Notes: generated from the sequence alone by a model not told the origin. 64,000 nt of DNA from Acidimicrobiales bacterium (GCA_035533455.1 DATLTT010000028.1:17132-81131), one strand, 5' to 3'; shown: positions 33,262 to 42,743, counted from the stretch's first letter. Numbers and translations are program-made.

Positions 33262-33896
33262 TGCAGGATGTTGACCGCTCGAGCCGCGACGATGGAGATC
33301 GTGATGAGCGAAGCGATTGACTCAGCCAAGAAGAGCGCCTTAGCTCGTGTCGACAGGGGCATCGCGTCGGCAGGCGCGAAACTGGTGCCGTTGGCGAACG
33401 ACGTGTAGAGATAGTCGAAGAACTGGGGGCGCCAGTCGGGCGCGGTCATCCTGGGGTTCTCCATCTGCGGAAATTGAATGTCGGGCATGAGCGTGTTGGA
33501 CGCCGCGCGCCGTTGTGGGCCACCTCGGTCCATCTCCCACAGCCACAGTCCAAAGACGATGACGTTGGTCAGCCAGATCGACACCGCGGAGAAGATCAAC
33601 TGACGACCTTGCAACACGTGCGCGTTCAAGAGGCGCGCGACGAGGAGACCGACCGAGGCCATGTTGGCCACGGTCACCAGGGCGATGAGGCTCACGCAGA
33701 GGTTGCGCACCCACGGGGCGTCATCAGGGTGACGGTGCGTCCTCGCCGAAAGTGGGATCAGCGGCAAGATCACCAGGACCGGCAAGAGCCACTTGGGCCC
33801 TACGGCGAGGCGACTCGGGAGTAAGACGAAGAGGCCCGCGCAGGCCAAGAGGGCCAATGACGCCGGCCAGTGAGGTTCGGAGTGATCTTCTTCCAC
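33258..33896 (-). CDS. DUF1345-like integral membrane protein
   Basis: This is the C-terminal 212 aa of track ORF 33258..34352. It has several TM segments and the tail YTSFANGTSFAPADAMPLSTRAKALFLAESIASLITISIVAARAVNIL, which is typical of DUF1345. GTG at 33896, just after the upstream stop. Confidence 0.65.
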   Translation of the reverse strand: MEEDHSEPHWPASLALLACAGLFVLLPSRLAVGPKWLLPVLVILPLIPLSARTHRHPDDAPWVRNLCVSLIALVTVANMASVGLLVARLLNAHVLQGRQLIFSAVSIWLTNVIVFGLWLWEMDRGGPQRRAASNTLMPDIQFPQMENPRMTAPDWRPQFFDYLYTSFANGTSFAPADAMPLSTRAKALFLAESIASLITISIVAARAVNILH

Positions 33897-33904
33897 GCGT
33901 CGAT

Positions 33905-34690
33905 CTAGCTCAGCGTGGCCTGTGAGAGCGAGGTGAGACTGCGAGGAATCAGCAACGTGGGAATGCTCGCGCTGGTGAGGAGTTTGTCGATCTCGGCGAG
34001 CGGGATCAACTTCACGCTGATTGGTGTCGCCACGTGAACGGGGTGATTGTACGACGACACCGTCACGCTTAACGCGGTGGTGGTGTGCTTCGATTTCACT
34101 ACCACGCTGCTCATCGAAACTTCGCCCTGGCTCCCCACGGTGATGGTCCATCGAACGGAACCGAGGACCGACGTCGAGGACGATCCGAAGAGGTTCGTGA
34201 GTGCCACGTTGTTGCGATACAAGACGTAGGTCGTCGAGTGGCCGCTCTTCGTCTTCGTCTCTTGAAAACCCGTGATGAGTTTGATGTCGGGTTTGGTCAG
34301 CTCGAGCGCGACGCCGAACAGCGACGGCGTCTTCACCTTCGCGTCCATCCACGCTCCACTGGACTGCGAGGCGGAACGCGCGTACAGGTGACCCGCGATG
34401 AGTCGAAGCTCTATCGCGGCCGACGAGACGACGGTGGGAAGACTGACGACCGCGTCGACCTTGTTCGCCGTGAAGTTCACCGCGACGTTGGCGCTGAGTT
34501 CGAAATTCGAGCCGGCTGACACGCTCACCGCCAACTGCGCTGACGAGGGCGGATAGCCGTTGAGGACCAATGGATCCTTCGTGAGTCCCGAGGGATTCGA
34601 ATCGGTGGCGGCGACAACCACACCGGTGACGGTAAGCGCGAGAGCGACGGCGGCGAGCGCGAGGGCCATGAAGCGCTTCTTTACTGCCAT
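33905..34690 (-). CDS. secreted hypothetical protein (signal peptide, Ser/Thr/Val-rich)
   Basis: 261 aa. Signal peptide MAVKKRFMALALAAVALALTVTGVVVAATD, followed by beta-rich low-complexity sequence. No motif recognised. Confidence 0.6.
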   Translation of the reverse strand: MAVKKRFMALALAAVALALTVTGVVVAATDSNPSGLTKDPLVLNGYPPSSAQLAVSVSAGSNFELSANVAVNFTANKVDAVVSLPTVVSSAAIELRLIAGHLYARSASQSSGAWMDAKVKTPSLFGVALELTKPDIKLITGFQETKTKSGHSTTYVLYRNNVALTNLFGSSSTSVLGSVRWTITVGSQGEVSMSSVVVKSKHTTTALSVTVSSYNHPVHVATPISVKLIPLAEIDKLLTSASIPTLLIPRSLTSLSQATLS

Positions 34691-34722
34691 TGCATCACCC
34701 TACCGTTTCGTCCTCGATGAGC

Positions 34723-35706
34723 CTAAGGGCGCGACACCAAGGGCTCGCTCAGGAGTTCGAGCAGCAACTCGTGTGAGATGTTCCGGCCACTCGCGATGAA
34801 GCCAATACGCGAGGTTTCGTCGTCGACACGATTGGCGGCGATCGCCGCGTACGACGCGGCGGCCGAACCCTCCATCACCAGCCCGTTGTTCTCGGCAATT
34901 TCGCGCACCGCGCGACGGATCTCGACCTCGGGCACCAGCACGAGGTCGATGCCGCTCTTGGCGACGATCTCGTTGGTGATGGCGCCGTCGTCGCCTCCCC
35001 CGGCCAGACCGTCGGCGATCGTTGGGCGATGCACGACGTCGCTCATCGAAGCACCGCGAAGTACGTGATAGAGGGCCGAGCTCTCTTCGGGTTGGACGCC
35101 CGTCACGCGGATGTCCGCTCTTCCTTGCGCGTCGCGCGAGAGGAGCGTTCCCGAGACCAGGCCGCCGCCGCCAACCGACACCACGACGTGATCGATCTCG
35201 GGCGCCTGACGCAGCATCTCGTCAAAGACCGTTGACTGGCCGGCAACGACGTCACTGTCGTTAAAAGGTGAGATGAACCTGATGGCTCGCTCTTCGGCGA
35301 GGTCCTTCGCGTGGGCTTGCGCGTCGTCGTAGGAAGAACCAAATTGAATAAGTTCAATGTCGTAGGTGGAGAGCTTCTTCACCTTGGCGACCGACGCGTT
35401 CGCCGGTACCACGACCGTCGCGCGCACGCCCAACAGCGACGACGCGTGCGCAATACCCAGACCATGGTTGCCAGCCGAGGCCGTGATGACCGCGCCGCTC
35501 GGATCGTCGCGATGCGCCGCGTCAACCGCCGCGAGAGCGCCACGTATTTTGAACGAGCCCGTGACCTGCAGACTCTCGAGCTTGACGAAAACCTTTCGGC
35601 CACGCACCAGAATCGTGACGGTGGGCGTGGGTTCTAAGTAGTGCGCCACGACTTCACGCGCGCGCTCCAGCTGACCGGTCGTAGGGGGCAGCACGTGACG
35701 AATCAT
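34723..35706 (-). CDS. PLP-dependent threonine/serine dehydratase family enzyme (no ACT domain)
   Basis: Sequence LQVTGSFKIRGA with the PLP-Lys motif, ITASAGNHG and a GGGGL loop. ATG at 35706 is preferred to the TTG at 35736. Confidence 0.85.
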   Translation of the reverse strand: MIRHVLPPTTGQLERAREVVAHYLEPTPTVTILVRGRKVFVKLESLQVTGSFKIRGALAAVDAAHRDDPSGAVITASAGNHGLGIAHASSLLGVRATVVVPANASVAKVKKLSTYDIELIQFGSSYDDAQAHAKDLAEERAIRFISPFNDSDVVAGQSTVFDEMLRQAPEIDHVVVSVGGGGLVSGTLLSRDAQGRADIRVTGVQPEESSALYHVLRGASMSDVVHRPTIADGLAGGGDDGAITNEIVAKSGIDLVLVPEVEIRRAVREIAENNGLVMEGSAAASYAAIAANRVDDETSRIGFIASGRNISHELLLELLSEPLVSRP

Positions 35707-35765
35707 CTCGCTCAGCCTACGCGCAACTTTTTTCAAGCTTTTGTACTCTCAAGTAAGGTCAATCG

Positions 35766-36329
35766 GTGCACACGATTCTCGGCGTGGTGGTCGTCGCGAC
35801 GCTCGCGTTCGTGGGCACCATGGTCGATAACTACTTCGCTTTCGCGGCGCAGCTCCTGGTCACCCGGCGTGATCGATTCCGTCGAGTGAGTTGGGCCCAG
35901 GCACTCGCGGTGGCGTCGATGATCGCCCTCGCGGGAGGACTCGGCTCGCTGCTCGCCCCGATCCCCGTGCGCTGGGTTGGCGCACTTGCCGTGGCACCTT
36001 TTTCGTTCGCGTGGCACACGTGGCGCCATCGCGCCGCGCCACGCCAACAGTTTCGCCGGGGCGCCCTCACGACGTTCGTCATGACGTTCGCACTGGGCGG
36101 CGACAATCTGGGGGTGTGGATACCACTTCTTCGCGCGAACGGCTTCGCGCACGCGATGGTGACGATCGCTGCGTTCGCGATCTTAGAGATCGTCTTTCTC
36201 TTGGGCGCGCAACGCGTCGCGACACATCCTCGCGTCGTCAACTGGGGCAGCCAACACGCCACGGCGTTCATGCCCTACGTGTACGTGTTCCTCGGCGTAC
36301 TCATCTTGGTCGAGTGCCGCACGATCTAA
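35766..36329 (+). CDS. CadD-family (cadmium-resistance-transporter-like) membrane protein
   Basis: 187 aa. Twofold repeat with TMVDNYFAF and ALGGDNLGVWIPLL motifs, resembling the CadD DD/GGDN signatures. Confidence 0.6.
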   Translation: MHTILGVVVVATLAFVGTMVDNYFAFAAQLLVTRRDRFRRVSWAQALAVASMIALAGGLGSLLAPIPVRWVGALAVAPFSFAWHTWRHRAAPRQQFRRGALTTFVMTFALGGDNLGVWIPLLRANGFAHAMVTIAAFAILEIVFLLGAQRVATHPRVVNWGSQHATAFMPYVYVFLGVLILVECRTI

Positions 36330-36366
36330 CGCGTTCCCGTGAACTGCGCGTGGTTCGACCGGTAGC

Positions 36367-37539
36367 GTGGTCGTCATGGCACAAAGTGGTGCGCAACGAA
36401 CTTTGCGTCGACTCACGGTCATCGTGGCCATTCAGTGGATGGGCGCGACGCTCGGACTTCCCCTCCTTCCCCTCTACCTGGAGCATCGTGGCGGCACGCC
36501 CTCGGTAGTGGGAATCGTCCAGGCGATGTTCTTCGTCGCCGGCGTCCTCACCCAGTTCGCCTTTGGCCACCTCGCCGACCGGTTCGGCCGACGCCGCATA
36601 CTGGTGGGCAGTCTCGTGACCTACGGTCTCGCGAGCATGACGTTTCTCCTGCCGGTGGCCGCGCCCTGGCTGGCGCTGACGAGGGCCTTCCAAGGAGCCG
36701 CGGCGGGAGCCATCGAGGTCGCCTCGTTGTCGGCGGTCGCGTCGCTGTTTCCCGAAGCCGAGCGCGGTCGCGCGGTGTCGCAGATCTTCGCGGCTCAACT
36801 CTTCGGTCTCGCGATTGGCCCGGTCGTGGGCGTGGTTGCGTCGGTGAACGACCTCGGCTGGGCCTTCTTCGTGACGGGACTCGTCAGTCTCGTCGCGGCC
36901 CTCGTGGCTCTGAACACCAATCTCGGCGACGTGGCGTACGATCCGACACCGTTGCCGAAGTTGCAGTGGAGCTCGCAACTCACGGGCGCCCTCGTGGCGG
37001 CCGCCGCGTCCGGCCTCGCGATTGGCGTCTACGAGACGTGCTGGAGTCTTCTCATGCACGCGCACCACGCCAGCACCCTCCAAATCCGTCTCAGTTGGAC
37101 CTTCTTCGGTGTGCCGTGGATCGTGCTCTCGCGATTCGGTGGTTGGCTCGCCGACCACGCCAATCGCCGCGTCATCGCACTGGCCGGACTCTTAAGCGGC
37201 GCCTTCTTTCTCGCGCTCTACCCCCATATTCACAACAACAACCTGATACTGGTACTTGGATCGTGCGAATCGATCGGCTCGTCACTGTCGTTGCCTTCGA
37301 TCTCGTCCTTGATGAGTCAAGGCGCGGTGCATCGTGAACTCGGTCGTCGTCAGGGCCTTTACACCATGTCCAACACGGCTTCGTTGGCGGTCGCCGCCGG
37401 GGTGTCGGGATTTCTCTTCACCATTGACTCGGCGCTGCCCTTTTCCTTACTCGCGTTCGTCTCGGCGCTGCTCGCCGTGACGACGCTGTTCTGGTGGCGA
37501 AACGTGCGGGGCAACGTCCGACCAGAGCCGGCGACGTAA
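36367..37539 (+). CDS. MFS transporter
   Basis: 390 aa. Sequence GHLADRFGRRRILVGS motif A and about 12 TM segments. Confidence 0.85.
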   Translation: MVVMAQSGAQRTLRRLTVIVAIQWMGATLGLPLLPLYLEHRGGTPSVVGIVQAMFFVAGVLTQFAFGHLADRFGRRRILVGSLVTYGLASMTFLLPVAAPWLALTRAFQGAAAGAIEVASLSAVASLFPEAERGRAVSQIFAAQLFGLAIGPVVGVVASVNDLGWAFFVTGLVSLVAALVALNTNLGDVAYDPTPLPKLQWSSQLTGALVAAAASGLAIGVYETCWSLLMHAHHASTLQIRLSWTFFGVPWIVLSRFGGWLADHANRRVIALAGLLSGAFFLALYPHIHNNNLILVLGSCESIGSSLSLPSISSLMSQGAVHRELGRRQGLYTMSNTASLAVAAGVSGFLFTIDSALPFSLLAFVSALLAVTTLFWWRNVRGNVRPEPAT

Positions 37540-37596
37540 AGCCCGGCCGAGCGGCGTCCTCGCGCCGCCTATCGAGGAGAGTAGCGAGACGTCGAA

Positions 37597-39516
37597 CTAC
37601 GACTTCCAGATTTGATCCCAACGAGCAGAGCCACCGTCGGGACTAAGGCATCGCGTCGTGCCATCGGCCGCCGTCCCCGAGACCCAGTTCTGCACGTTCT
37701 TTCGTGCGGCGAACGCTGAGACCAGGGTGTCTATCCAAAGGTACGGAAAGATTCGGGCGAACTGGGTGTTGACGGTTTCCCAAGACGACTTTTGCAACGC
37801 CGATCCCGGCGTCGCGGCGAGAGCCCGCAACATCGAGTTCTCCACCGTGACGTCTCCTTGGTGAGCGAAGTTCACCGCGCCCGCGATGTTGGTGCCGGCG
37901 GGGAGTGCGGGCATTCCCAGCCCGCCCACCGCCGGAGACGCCGTCGCGCTCAAGGAGAGGAACCACACGTAGTTGAGCGACGGGTCGACGCCACCGAACT
38001 GATTCCAGGTCGAGCAGTCGTACTGACCGTAGATCACGTTGTTGATCAACGTGCTCTGGACGAGTTGACGCTGGGTGACCGTGATGCCCACGGCGGCGAG
38101 CTGTTGTTGGAAGAAGGCGAAGGCCTGGTTCGCCGTCGAGTTGCCCGAGACGGTGTCGATGACGAAACCGACTTTGGACACGCCCTTGGCCGACTTGTAC
38201 GCCTTTACCAACGCCTTGGCCTTGGCCGGGTTGTAGGCCGGGTAACCGGGGTTTCGGTAGAACGGCGAGGTCTTGCGGTAAATGCCGTCGGCCACCGCGC
38301 CGACGCTACCGTCAATCACCTTGAAGTAGGTGCTGCGGTTGATCGCCATTGCGCAGGCCTTGCGGATCGAGACGTCGTTGACGACGGGCTTGATCGTCGT
38401 GTCCCACTGCATCGTCGAAGGGTTCACCGCGCCCAACGTACCGAGGTAGTCGGCGAGTTGCACTTGCGCGGGCGGCGCGTTCTTGCTCGCCGTGTACTCG
38501 GTCGTCCCGGGGGTGTAGTACGGCAACGTACCCGGGACGCCCTGAGCGGCAAACTCGCCCGCCCAGCAGAAGTACTGGTTCAAGGTGCCCGTCGTGTTCA
38601 TGATGAGACAGTTCACCGACGGGTCACGCGGGGCGTCGACGTCCGTGACGTAGTGGATGGCCTTCATCTTCTTCAACGCGGCGATCTGCGCGCCGGACTG
38701 CTGAAGGATCATGTCCACGCCGCCGCTCTGCAGCGCTTGGTTGCGTGACGCGTCGTCGACGATGGTCTTGAAATTGATACCGCTCAGGTAGGGCAACCGG
38801 CGACCCGCGCCGTCCTTACGCCAGTAGCCCGCGTTTTTCGTGAACTGCGACTCGACGCCGACCTGCCAGGACTTCACCTTGAACGGACCGGTGCCGATCG
38901 GGTTACCGGCGTAGGTGGAGACGAAGGACGACGGGTGGGCCATGTAGGCGATCTGCTGCTCGGCGAGCGTGACCGGGAACGCCGAAAAGGGAACGACCAT
39001 GTTGTACGCCACGGTGTACGCGTCGATCGCGGTCACGGAAGCGATGATCGGTTGGACCGCAAGCCCGACCGTGACGTCCTTTTGGGCTGCCTCGAAGTTC
39101 GCGACGCAGACGGCCGCGTTGAAGGGGTCACCGTTGGTGAACTTGACGTTCTGGCGCAACGCGATCGTCCACACCGTGAAGTTGGCGTTGTGCGTCGCCG
39201 ACAGGGCCAGCATGGGCAGTGCCACTTTGCCACTGAGTGACATGACGAATAAGGGGTCGTAGAGAGCGTTCGCCACGCAGAAACCCGAGACGTCCATCTT
39301 ACCCTGTGAGCCATTGAACACGTGGAAGTTGGGAACGTCAGAGATCAAACCGACCGTGAGTGAGCCACCCAGCTTCGGCTTGCCTTTATTAATGCCAACG
39401 GTCGCCCCCGCGACGTTGGCGAGCAGACCGTCGACCACGGAGCCAGCCATTGCGACGCCGCCAATCGTGGTCGCAGAGTGCGTAAGGAACGAACGACGAT
39501 CGAACGTTGACGACAT
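37597..39516 (-). CDS. ABC transporter substrate-binding protein, family 5 (peptide/nickel/opine type), Tat signal
   Basis: Sequence MSSTFDRRSFLTHSATTIGGVAMAGS (twin-arginine RRSFL), then a roughly 600-aa SBP_bac_5-like body. ATG at 39516 with AGGA 5 nt upstream. Confidence 0.8.
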   Translation of the reverse strand: MSSTFDRRSFLTHSATTIGGVAMAGSVVDGLLANVAGATVGINKGKPKLGGSLTVGLISDVPNFHVFNGSQGKMDVSGFCVANALYDPLFVMSLSGKVALPMLALSATHNANFTVWTIALRQNVKFTNGDPFNAAVCVANFEAAQKDVTVGLAVQPIIASVTAIDAYTVAYNMVVPFSAFPVTLAEQQIAYMAHPSSFVSTYAGNPIGTGPFKVKSWQVGVESQFTKNAGYWRKDGAGRRLPYLSGINFKTIVDDASRNQALQSGGVDMILQQSGAQIAALKKMKAIHYVTDVDAPRDPSVNCLIMNTTGTLNQYFCWAGEFAAQGVPGTLPYYTPGTTEYTASKNAPPAQVQLADYLGTLGAVNPSTMQWDTTIKPVVNDVSIRKACAMAINRSTYFKVIDGSVGAVADGIYRKTSPFYRNPGYPAYNPAKAKALVKAYKSAKGVSKVGFVIDTVSGNSTANQAFAFFQQQLAAVGITVTQRQLVQSTLINNVIYGQYDCSTWNQFGGVDPSLNYVWFLSLSATASPAVGGLGMPALPAGTNIAGAVNFAHQGDVTVENSMLRALAATPGSALQKSSWETVNTQFARIFPYLWIDTLVSAFAARKNVQNWVSGTAADGTTRCLSPDGGSARWDQIWKS

Positions 39517-39631
39517 CTTTGTCCTGCTTTCCCCCGGAGTACTCGTCGTGAGTTTCTCCACTGCGCGAAACTTAGCAAGAAAGGTCCTACTGGCCAGTAC
39601 ACCCTTGAGGGCTCGGCGGGGGAAGAGTTAC

Positions 39632-39671
39632 TTCAGGATCCGGGCGGAGGGAGGGCCGCCCGGATCCTGAA
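39632..39671. other. orphan 16-bp perfect hairpin in a divergent intergenic region
   Basis: TTCAGGATCCGGGCGG (39632-47), loop AGGGAGGG, CCGCCCGGATCCTGAA (39656-71). There is no flanking U-tract on either strand. Confidence 0.7.
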
Positions 39672-39682
39672 AACCGGGGCAA

Positions 39683-39859
39683 TCAACAGCGTTTACGTCT
39701 CGGGTTTGCCGTCACCCATCGGTCCCTTGGGGATCTCCACCGAGAAGAAAAGACTTTATTTCCTTCTCCGCTGAGCGAATCGCGGGACCTTCTCTCATCA
39801 TTTGACGAGTACTGCTTCTTGATGTCTAACAGTCTGACGCCCCACTGTGTGCTGGCCAT
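39683..39859 (-). other. candidate small transcript or 58-aa ORF ending 11 nt before the hairpin
   Basis: My translation: MASTQWGVRLLDIKKQYSSNDERRSRDSLSGEGNKVFSSRWRSPRDRWVTANPRRKRC. No SD is present. By my count about 58 percent of its third codon positions are G or C, below what I saw when reading real genes here. Coding status is doubtful. Confidence 0.2.
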
Positions 39860-40020
39860 TGGATGAGGATAAGAAGCCCCTAAATCCGAGTTTTGTTAAC
39901 TAGAAAAGAATTAGTTTTCAACACCCCTCGTGTTCTTTTGGTTTCGGGCATACTGGGCGCGTACGACTGGCGGTTCACGGCGTCGTGCGGGGACACTATT
40001 TATCAGGGAGGACCACAAAA

Positions 40021-41577
40021 GTGGCGACAACTATCGAATCGCACGATGGATCACCGGGCGACCCGGCATTTCACATCGAGCAGCGTGGCATCGATTTCGT
40101 TCCAGAGTCGGAACGCTGGGCAACACCGAGAAATATAGGCGCCCTGTGGGCCGGCTCGGCCATCAACGTCGAATACTTCATCTACGGCGCACTGTTGATG
40201 GGCTTTGGTTTCAGCTTCTACACGGCGTTGAGCATCATCATCATCGGCAACCTCTCCTTCTTCCTGCTAGGACTGGCGTCGTTGCAGGGCCCCGAAACCG
40301 GAACGACGGCCTTTACGATCTCTCGCGCCGCCTTCGGAACGCAGGGATCGCGACTCGTCAGCTTCTTCAACTGGATCACGCAGTTGGGCTTTGAGACCGA
40401 GGGGCTGATCCTGATCGTCGGGGCCGCGATCGTCCTTTGCCAAATGGCTGGTCTGCACGTCTCGAGCCCACTGAAGGTGGTCTTCATCGTGCTGGCCGCC
40501 GCGATTCAGGCGGTGATGCCGTACTTCGGCCACGCCACGATGGTCAAGGTGCTTCGCGCGTTGATCATTCCCTTCGGCGCGATCTTCGTGTTGCTCGCCG
40601 TCTACGACTTGAAGCACGGCTCAGCGAACTTTAAGGGCAGCCCGTTCGCGAACTGGGAGCTCTACACGGCGGGTCTTGCCTTCACGATCGCGCTGTCGGG
40701 ACTGGGCTGGACCGAGTGCGGCAACGACTACACGCGCTACTTGCCCCGTGACGCAAAGAAGAGTTCCGTCGTCGGCTGGATCTTCGTCAGTACGGCGATT
40801 CCCGAGATCATCATGATGGTCCTGGGCGCCGCGACGTTCACGTTCCTCAACTCCCCGGCGCAGTTCGCCGCGTGGAACGGCGCGAACCCCTTCGAGGCCC
40901 TGCACGGCCAGCACTTCATACCCAGTTGGGTGATCGTGTTGTTCTTGTTGTTCGCCATCGTGCAACTCTTCGGCATCAACTCGCTCGACCTCTACTCCTC
41001 GGGCGTGTCACTCCAGGCCATGGGTCTGCGGCTCAAGCGCTACCAGGCGGTGGTGTTGGATTCCATCCTCGCCTGCGCGTTAACCATCTGGGCCGAGTTT
41101 CAGTCCACGTTTTCGCTCTACATGAAGGAGTTCGTCGGGGTCATCATCGTCTGGATCGCGCCGTGGTTCGCGATCATGCTCGTTGACTGGATGATGCGCA
41201 AGTATCGCTACAACGCCGCCGAACTCCAACGACGCGACAGCGGAAGTCTCTACTACTCGGGAAAGAGTGGCGTCAACTGGAACGCCATTATCGCCTTCGT
41301 CGCGGGACTCGTCTGCGCGACCCTCGCGTTCTCCAAGGCGCCACCGCCGGTCAACTTCCCCTTCCACTGGATGACCCCGGTGTCCAATCACTACGGGGCC
41401 GCGTGCGGAGCCAAGTTGGTGCACGGCCTCTGCACGTACGGTTGGTACGGCGGCGCGGACTTCTCGGTGCCGACGGGCATCATCATCGCCGGACTGGTGT
41501 ACTTCGTACTCGAGAAGCTTGCGGGAAACGTCAAACGTCAGGTGGAGCGCCAACAAGAGCTCGAGACCACGCGGTAA
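40021..41577 (+). CDS. NCS1 family nucleobase (cytosine/purine) permease
   Basis: Sequence IEQRGIDFVPESERWATPRNIGALWAGSAINVEYFIYGALL..., about 12 TM segments. GTG at 40021 is preceded by GGGAGGA at 8 nt. The track start at 39985 is over-extended. Confidence 0.85.
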   Translation: MATTIESHDGSPGDPAFHIEQRGIDFVPESERWATPRNIGALWAGSAINVEYFIYGALLMGFGFSFYTALSIIIIGNLSFFLLGLASLQGPETGTTAFTISRAAFGTQGSRLVSFFNWITQLGFETEGLILIVGAAIVLCQMAGLHVSSPLKVVFIVLAAAIQAVMPYFGHATMVKVLRALIIPFGAIFVLLAVYDLKHGSANFKGSPFANWELYTAGLAFTIALSGLGWTECGNDYTRYLPRDAKKSSVVGWIFVSTAIPEIIMMVLGAATFTFLNSPAQFAAWNGANPFEALHGQHFIPSWVIVLFLLFAIVQLFGINSLDLYSSGVSLQAMGLRLKRYQAVVLDSILACALTIWAEFQSTFSLYMKEFVGVIIVWIAPWFAIMLVDWMMRKYRYNAAELQRRDSGSLYYSGKSGVNWNAIIAFVAGLVCATLAFSKAPPPVNFPFHWMTPVSNHYGAACGAKLVHGLCTYGWYGGADFSVPTGIIIAGLVYFVLEKLAGNVKRQVERQQELETTR

Positions 41578-41586
41578 CGATTCGAT

Positions 41587-41634
41587 CACGACGCACCCCG
41601 AGCTGGGCACGCGCCCCGCTCGGGGTGCGTCGTG
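41587..41634. terminator. bidirectional 17-bp perfect hairpin between convergent genes
   Basis: CACGACGCACCCCGAGC (41587-603), 14-nt loop, GCTCGGGGTGCGTCGTG (41618-34). It fills the 61-nt gap between the permease and the PRTase. Confidence 0.7.
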
Positions 41635-41638
41635 GCGT

Positions 41639-42247
41639 TCAGCCCTTCCAGTCTTCGATGAGTCCACCCGAGCCGTCGGGACGAAACACTGGAATCGAGC
41701 CCAACGCTCGTACCATGGCGGCGTCGTCGCCGAGCGACGTGCGCCACAGGCCCGCCTCGGTCACGAGCGTGCCGATCGTGACGATGTTCGCCCCGACGCC
41801 ACGTAGCAGGCGCAGCGACGCGCCGGTCGACGCGCCGGTCGAGATGACGTCATCCACGATCGCGACGCGCTTTCCGTCGACGTCAGCGATGCGCGCTCGG
41901 TCGAAGAGCAGCCGTTGCTCGGCGTCGGTGGTGATCGACCTCACCCGTTCGGTGACGGCGTCGGCGAGATGGATCTTCGGGGTCTTGTGCAACACCACGT
42001 ACCGGTCGAGTCCGAGGTGACGTGTCACCTCGATGGCCAGTGGTATCCCCATCGTGGCCACGGTGGCGACAACGTCGAGGTCGTAGGGCGCAAGTACCTC
42101 CGCCAGCTCCTCGCCGGCTTGGGCCATGAACGACACGCCCATGTCGACGGTGATGAGGAGCGCGAGGGCCAGATTCTCGTTCAGAGAGACGACGGGTAGG
42201 TCGACTCTCTGCGAGCCGATGTCGACGGAATACGTGCCTCTGGTCAC
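41639..42247 (-). CDS. phosphoribosyltransferase (type I PRT, adenine/xanthine-PRT-like; specificity unknown)
   Basis: 202 aa. PRPP loop RVAIVDDVISTGASTGA. GTG start. Confidence 0.8.
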   Translation of the reverse strand: MTRGTYSVDIGSQRVDLPVVSLNENLALALLITVDMGVSFMAQAGEELAEVLAPYDLDVVATVATMGIPLAIEVTRHLGLDRYVVLHKTPKIHLADAVTERVRSITTDAEQRLLFDRARIADVDGKRVAIVDDVISTGASTGASLRLLRGVGANIVTIGTLVTEAGLWRTSLGDDAAMVRALGSIPVFRPDGSGGLIEDWKG

Positions 42248-42314
42248 GGTGCTGGAGCATACTTACTCCGTGGTGAACTCCAGAACACCGTTACCTTCGA
42301 CGCTCGCGACCACG

Positions 42315-42740
42315 ATGCTCGCGACGGCTTACGACGAAGCGCGGCTCGGCTTGAGTGAAGGTGGCATCCCGATCGGCGCGGCACTTTTCACGCGTGACGG
42401 AACGCTGCTCGGTTCTGGCCATAATCGCCGCGTGCAAGAAGACGACGCGTCCGTGCACGCCGAGACGGACGCGTTTCGAAAGGCCGGTCGGCGCCGCGAC
42501 TACCCCGAATGCGTCATGGTCACGACGTTGTCGCCGTGTTGGTACTGCTCGGGTCTCGTGCGCCAGTTCAACATTGGCGCGGTCGTCGTCGGCGAGACGC
42601 GGAACTTCCACGGGGGCCACGAGTGGCTCCAGGAACTCGGCGTGGAGATCGTCCTCTTGGACGATCGCGCGTGCACGACCCTGCTCTCGACGTTCATCGA
42701 TGCTCACCCCGAGCTCTGGCACGAGGACATCGGGCTCTAG
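42315..42740 (+). CDS. cytosine deaminase, CMP/dCMP-deaminase fold (yeast FCY1 type)
   Basis: Sequence MLATAYDEARLGLSEGGIPIGAAL...VHAETDAF...TTLSPCWYCSG...FIDAHPELWHEDIGL. It has HAE and PCxxC zinc motifs. From memory of the yeast Fcy1 sequence, the C-terminal tail aligns with FIDERPQDWFEDIGE. The start could also be the GTG at 42270. Confidence 0.8.
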   Translation: MLATAYDEARLGLSEGGIPIGAALFTRDGTLLGSGHNRRVQEDDASVHAETDAFRKAGRRRDYPECVMVTTLSPCWYCSGLVRQFNIGAVVVGETRNFHGGHEWLQELGVEIVLLDDRACTTLLSTFIDAHPELWHEDIGL

Positions 42741-42743
42741 GCG

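Noticed and set aside
33897-34352. N-terminal 152 residues of track ORF 33258..34352, which would make a 364-aa DUF1345 protein.
   Set aside because: This part overlaps the secreted-protein gene (33905-34690) in another frame and is Arg/Asp/His-rich with no TM segments. The GTG at 33896, immediately after that gene's stop, gives a normal all-membrane protein.
39680-40020. Looked for a TPP, guanidine-I (ykkC), PyrR-binding or purine-type riboswitch in front of the NCS1 permease.
   Set aside because: No CUGAGA/ACCUGAUCUGGAUAAUGCCAGC-like TPP core. No CUAGGGUUCCG/GGUCCGAGAG ykkC core. No CCAGAGAGG PyrR loop. Only CACGGCG and GGGA fragments are present, which is insufficient.
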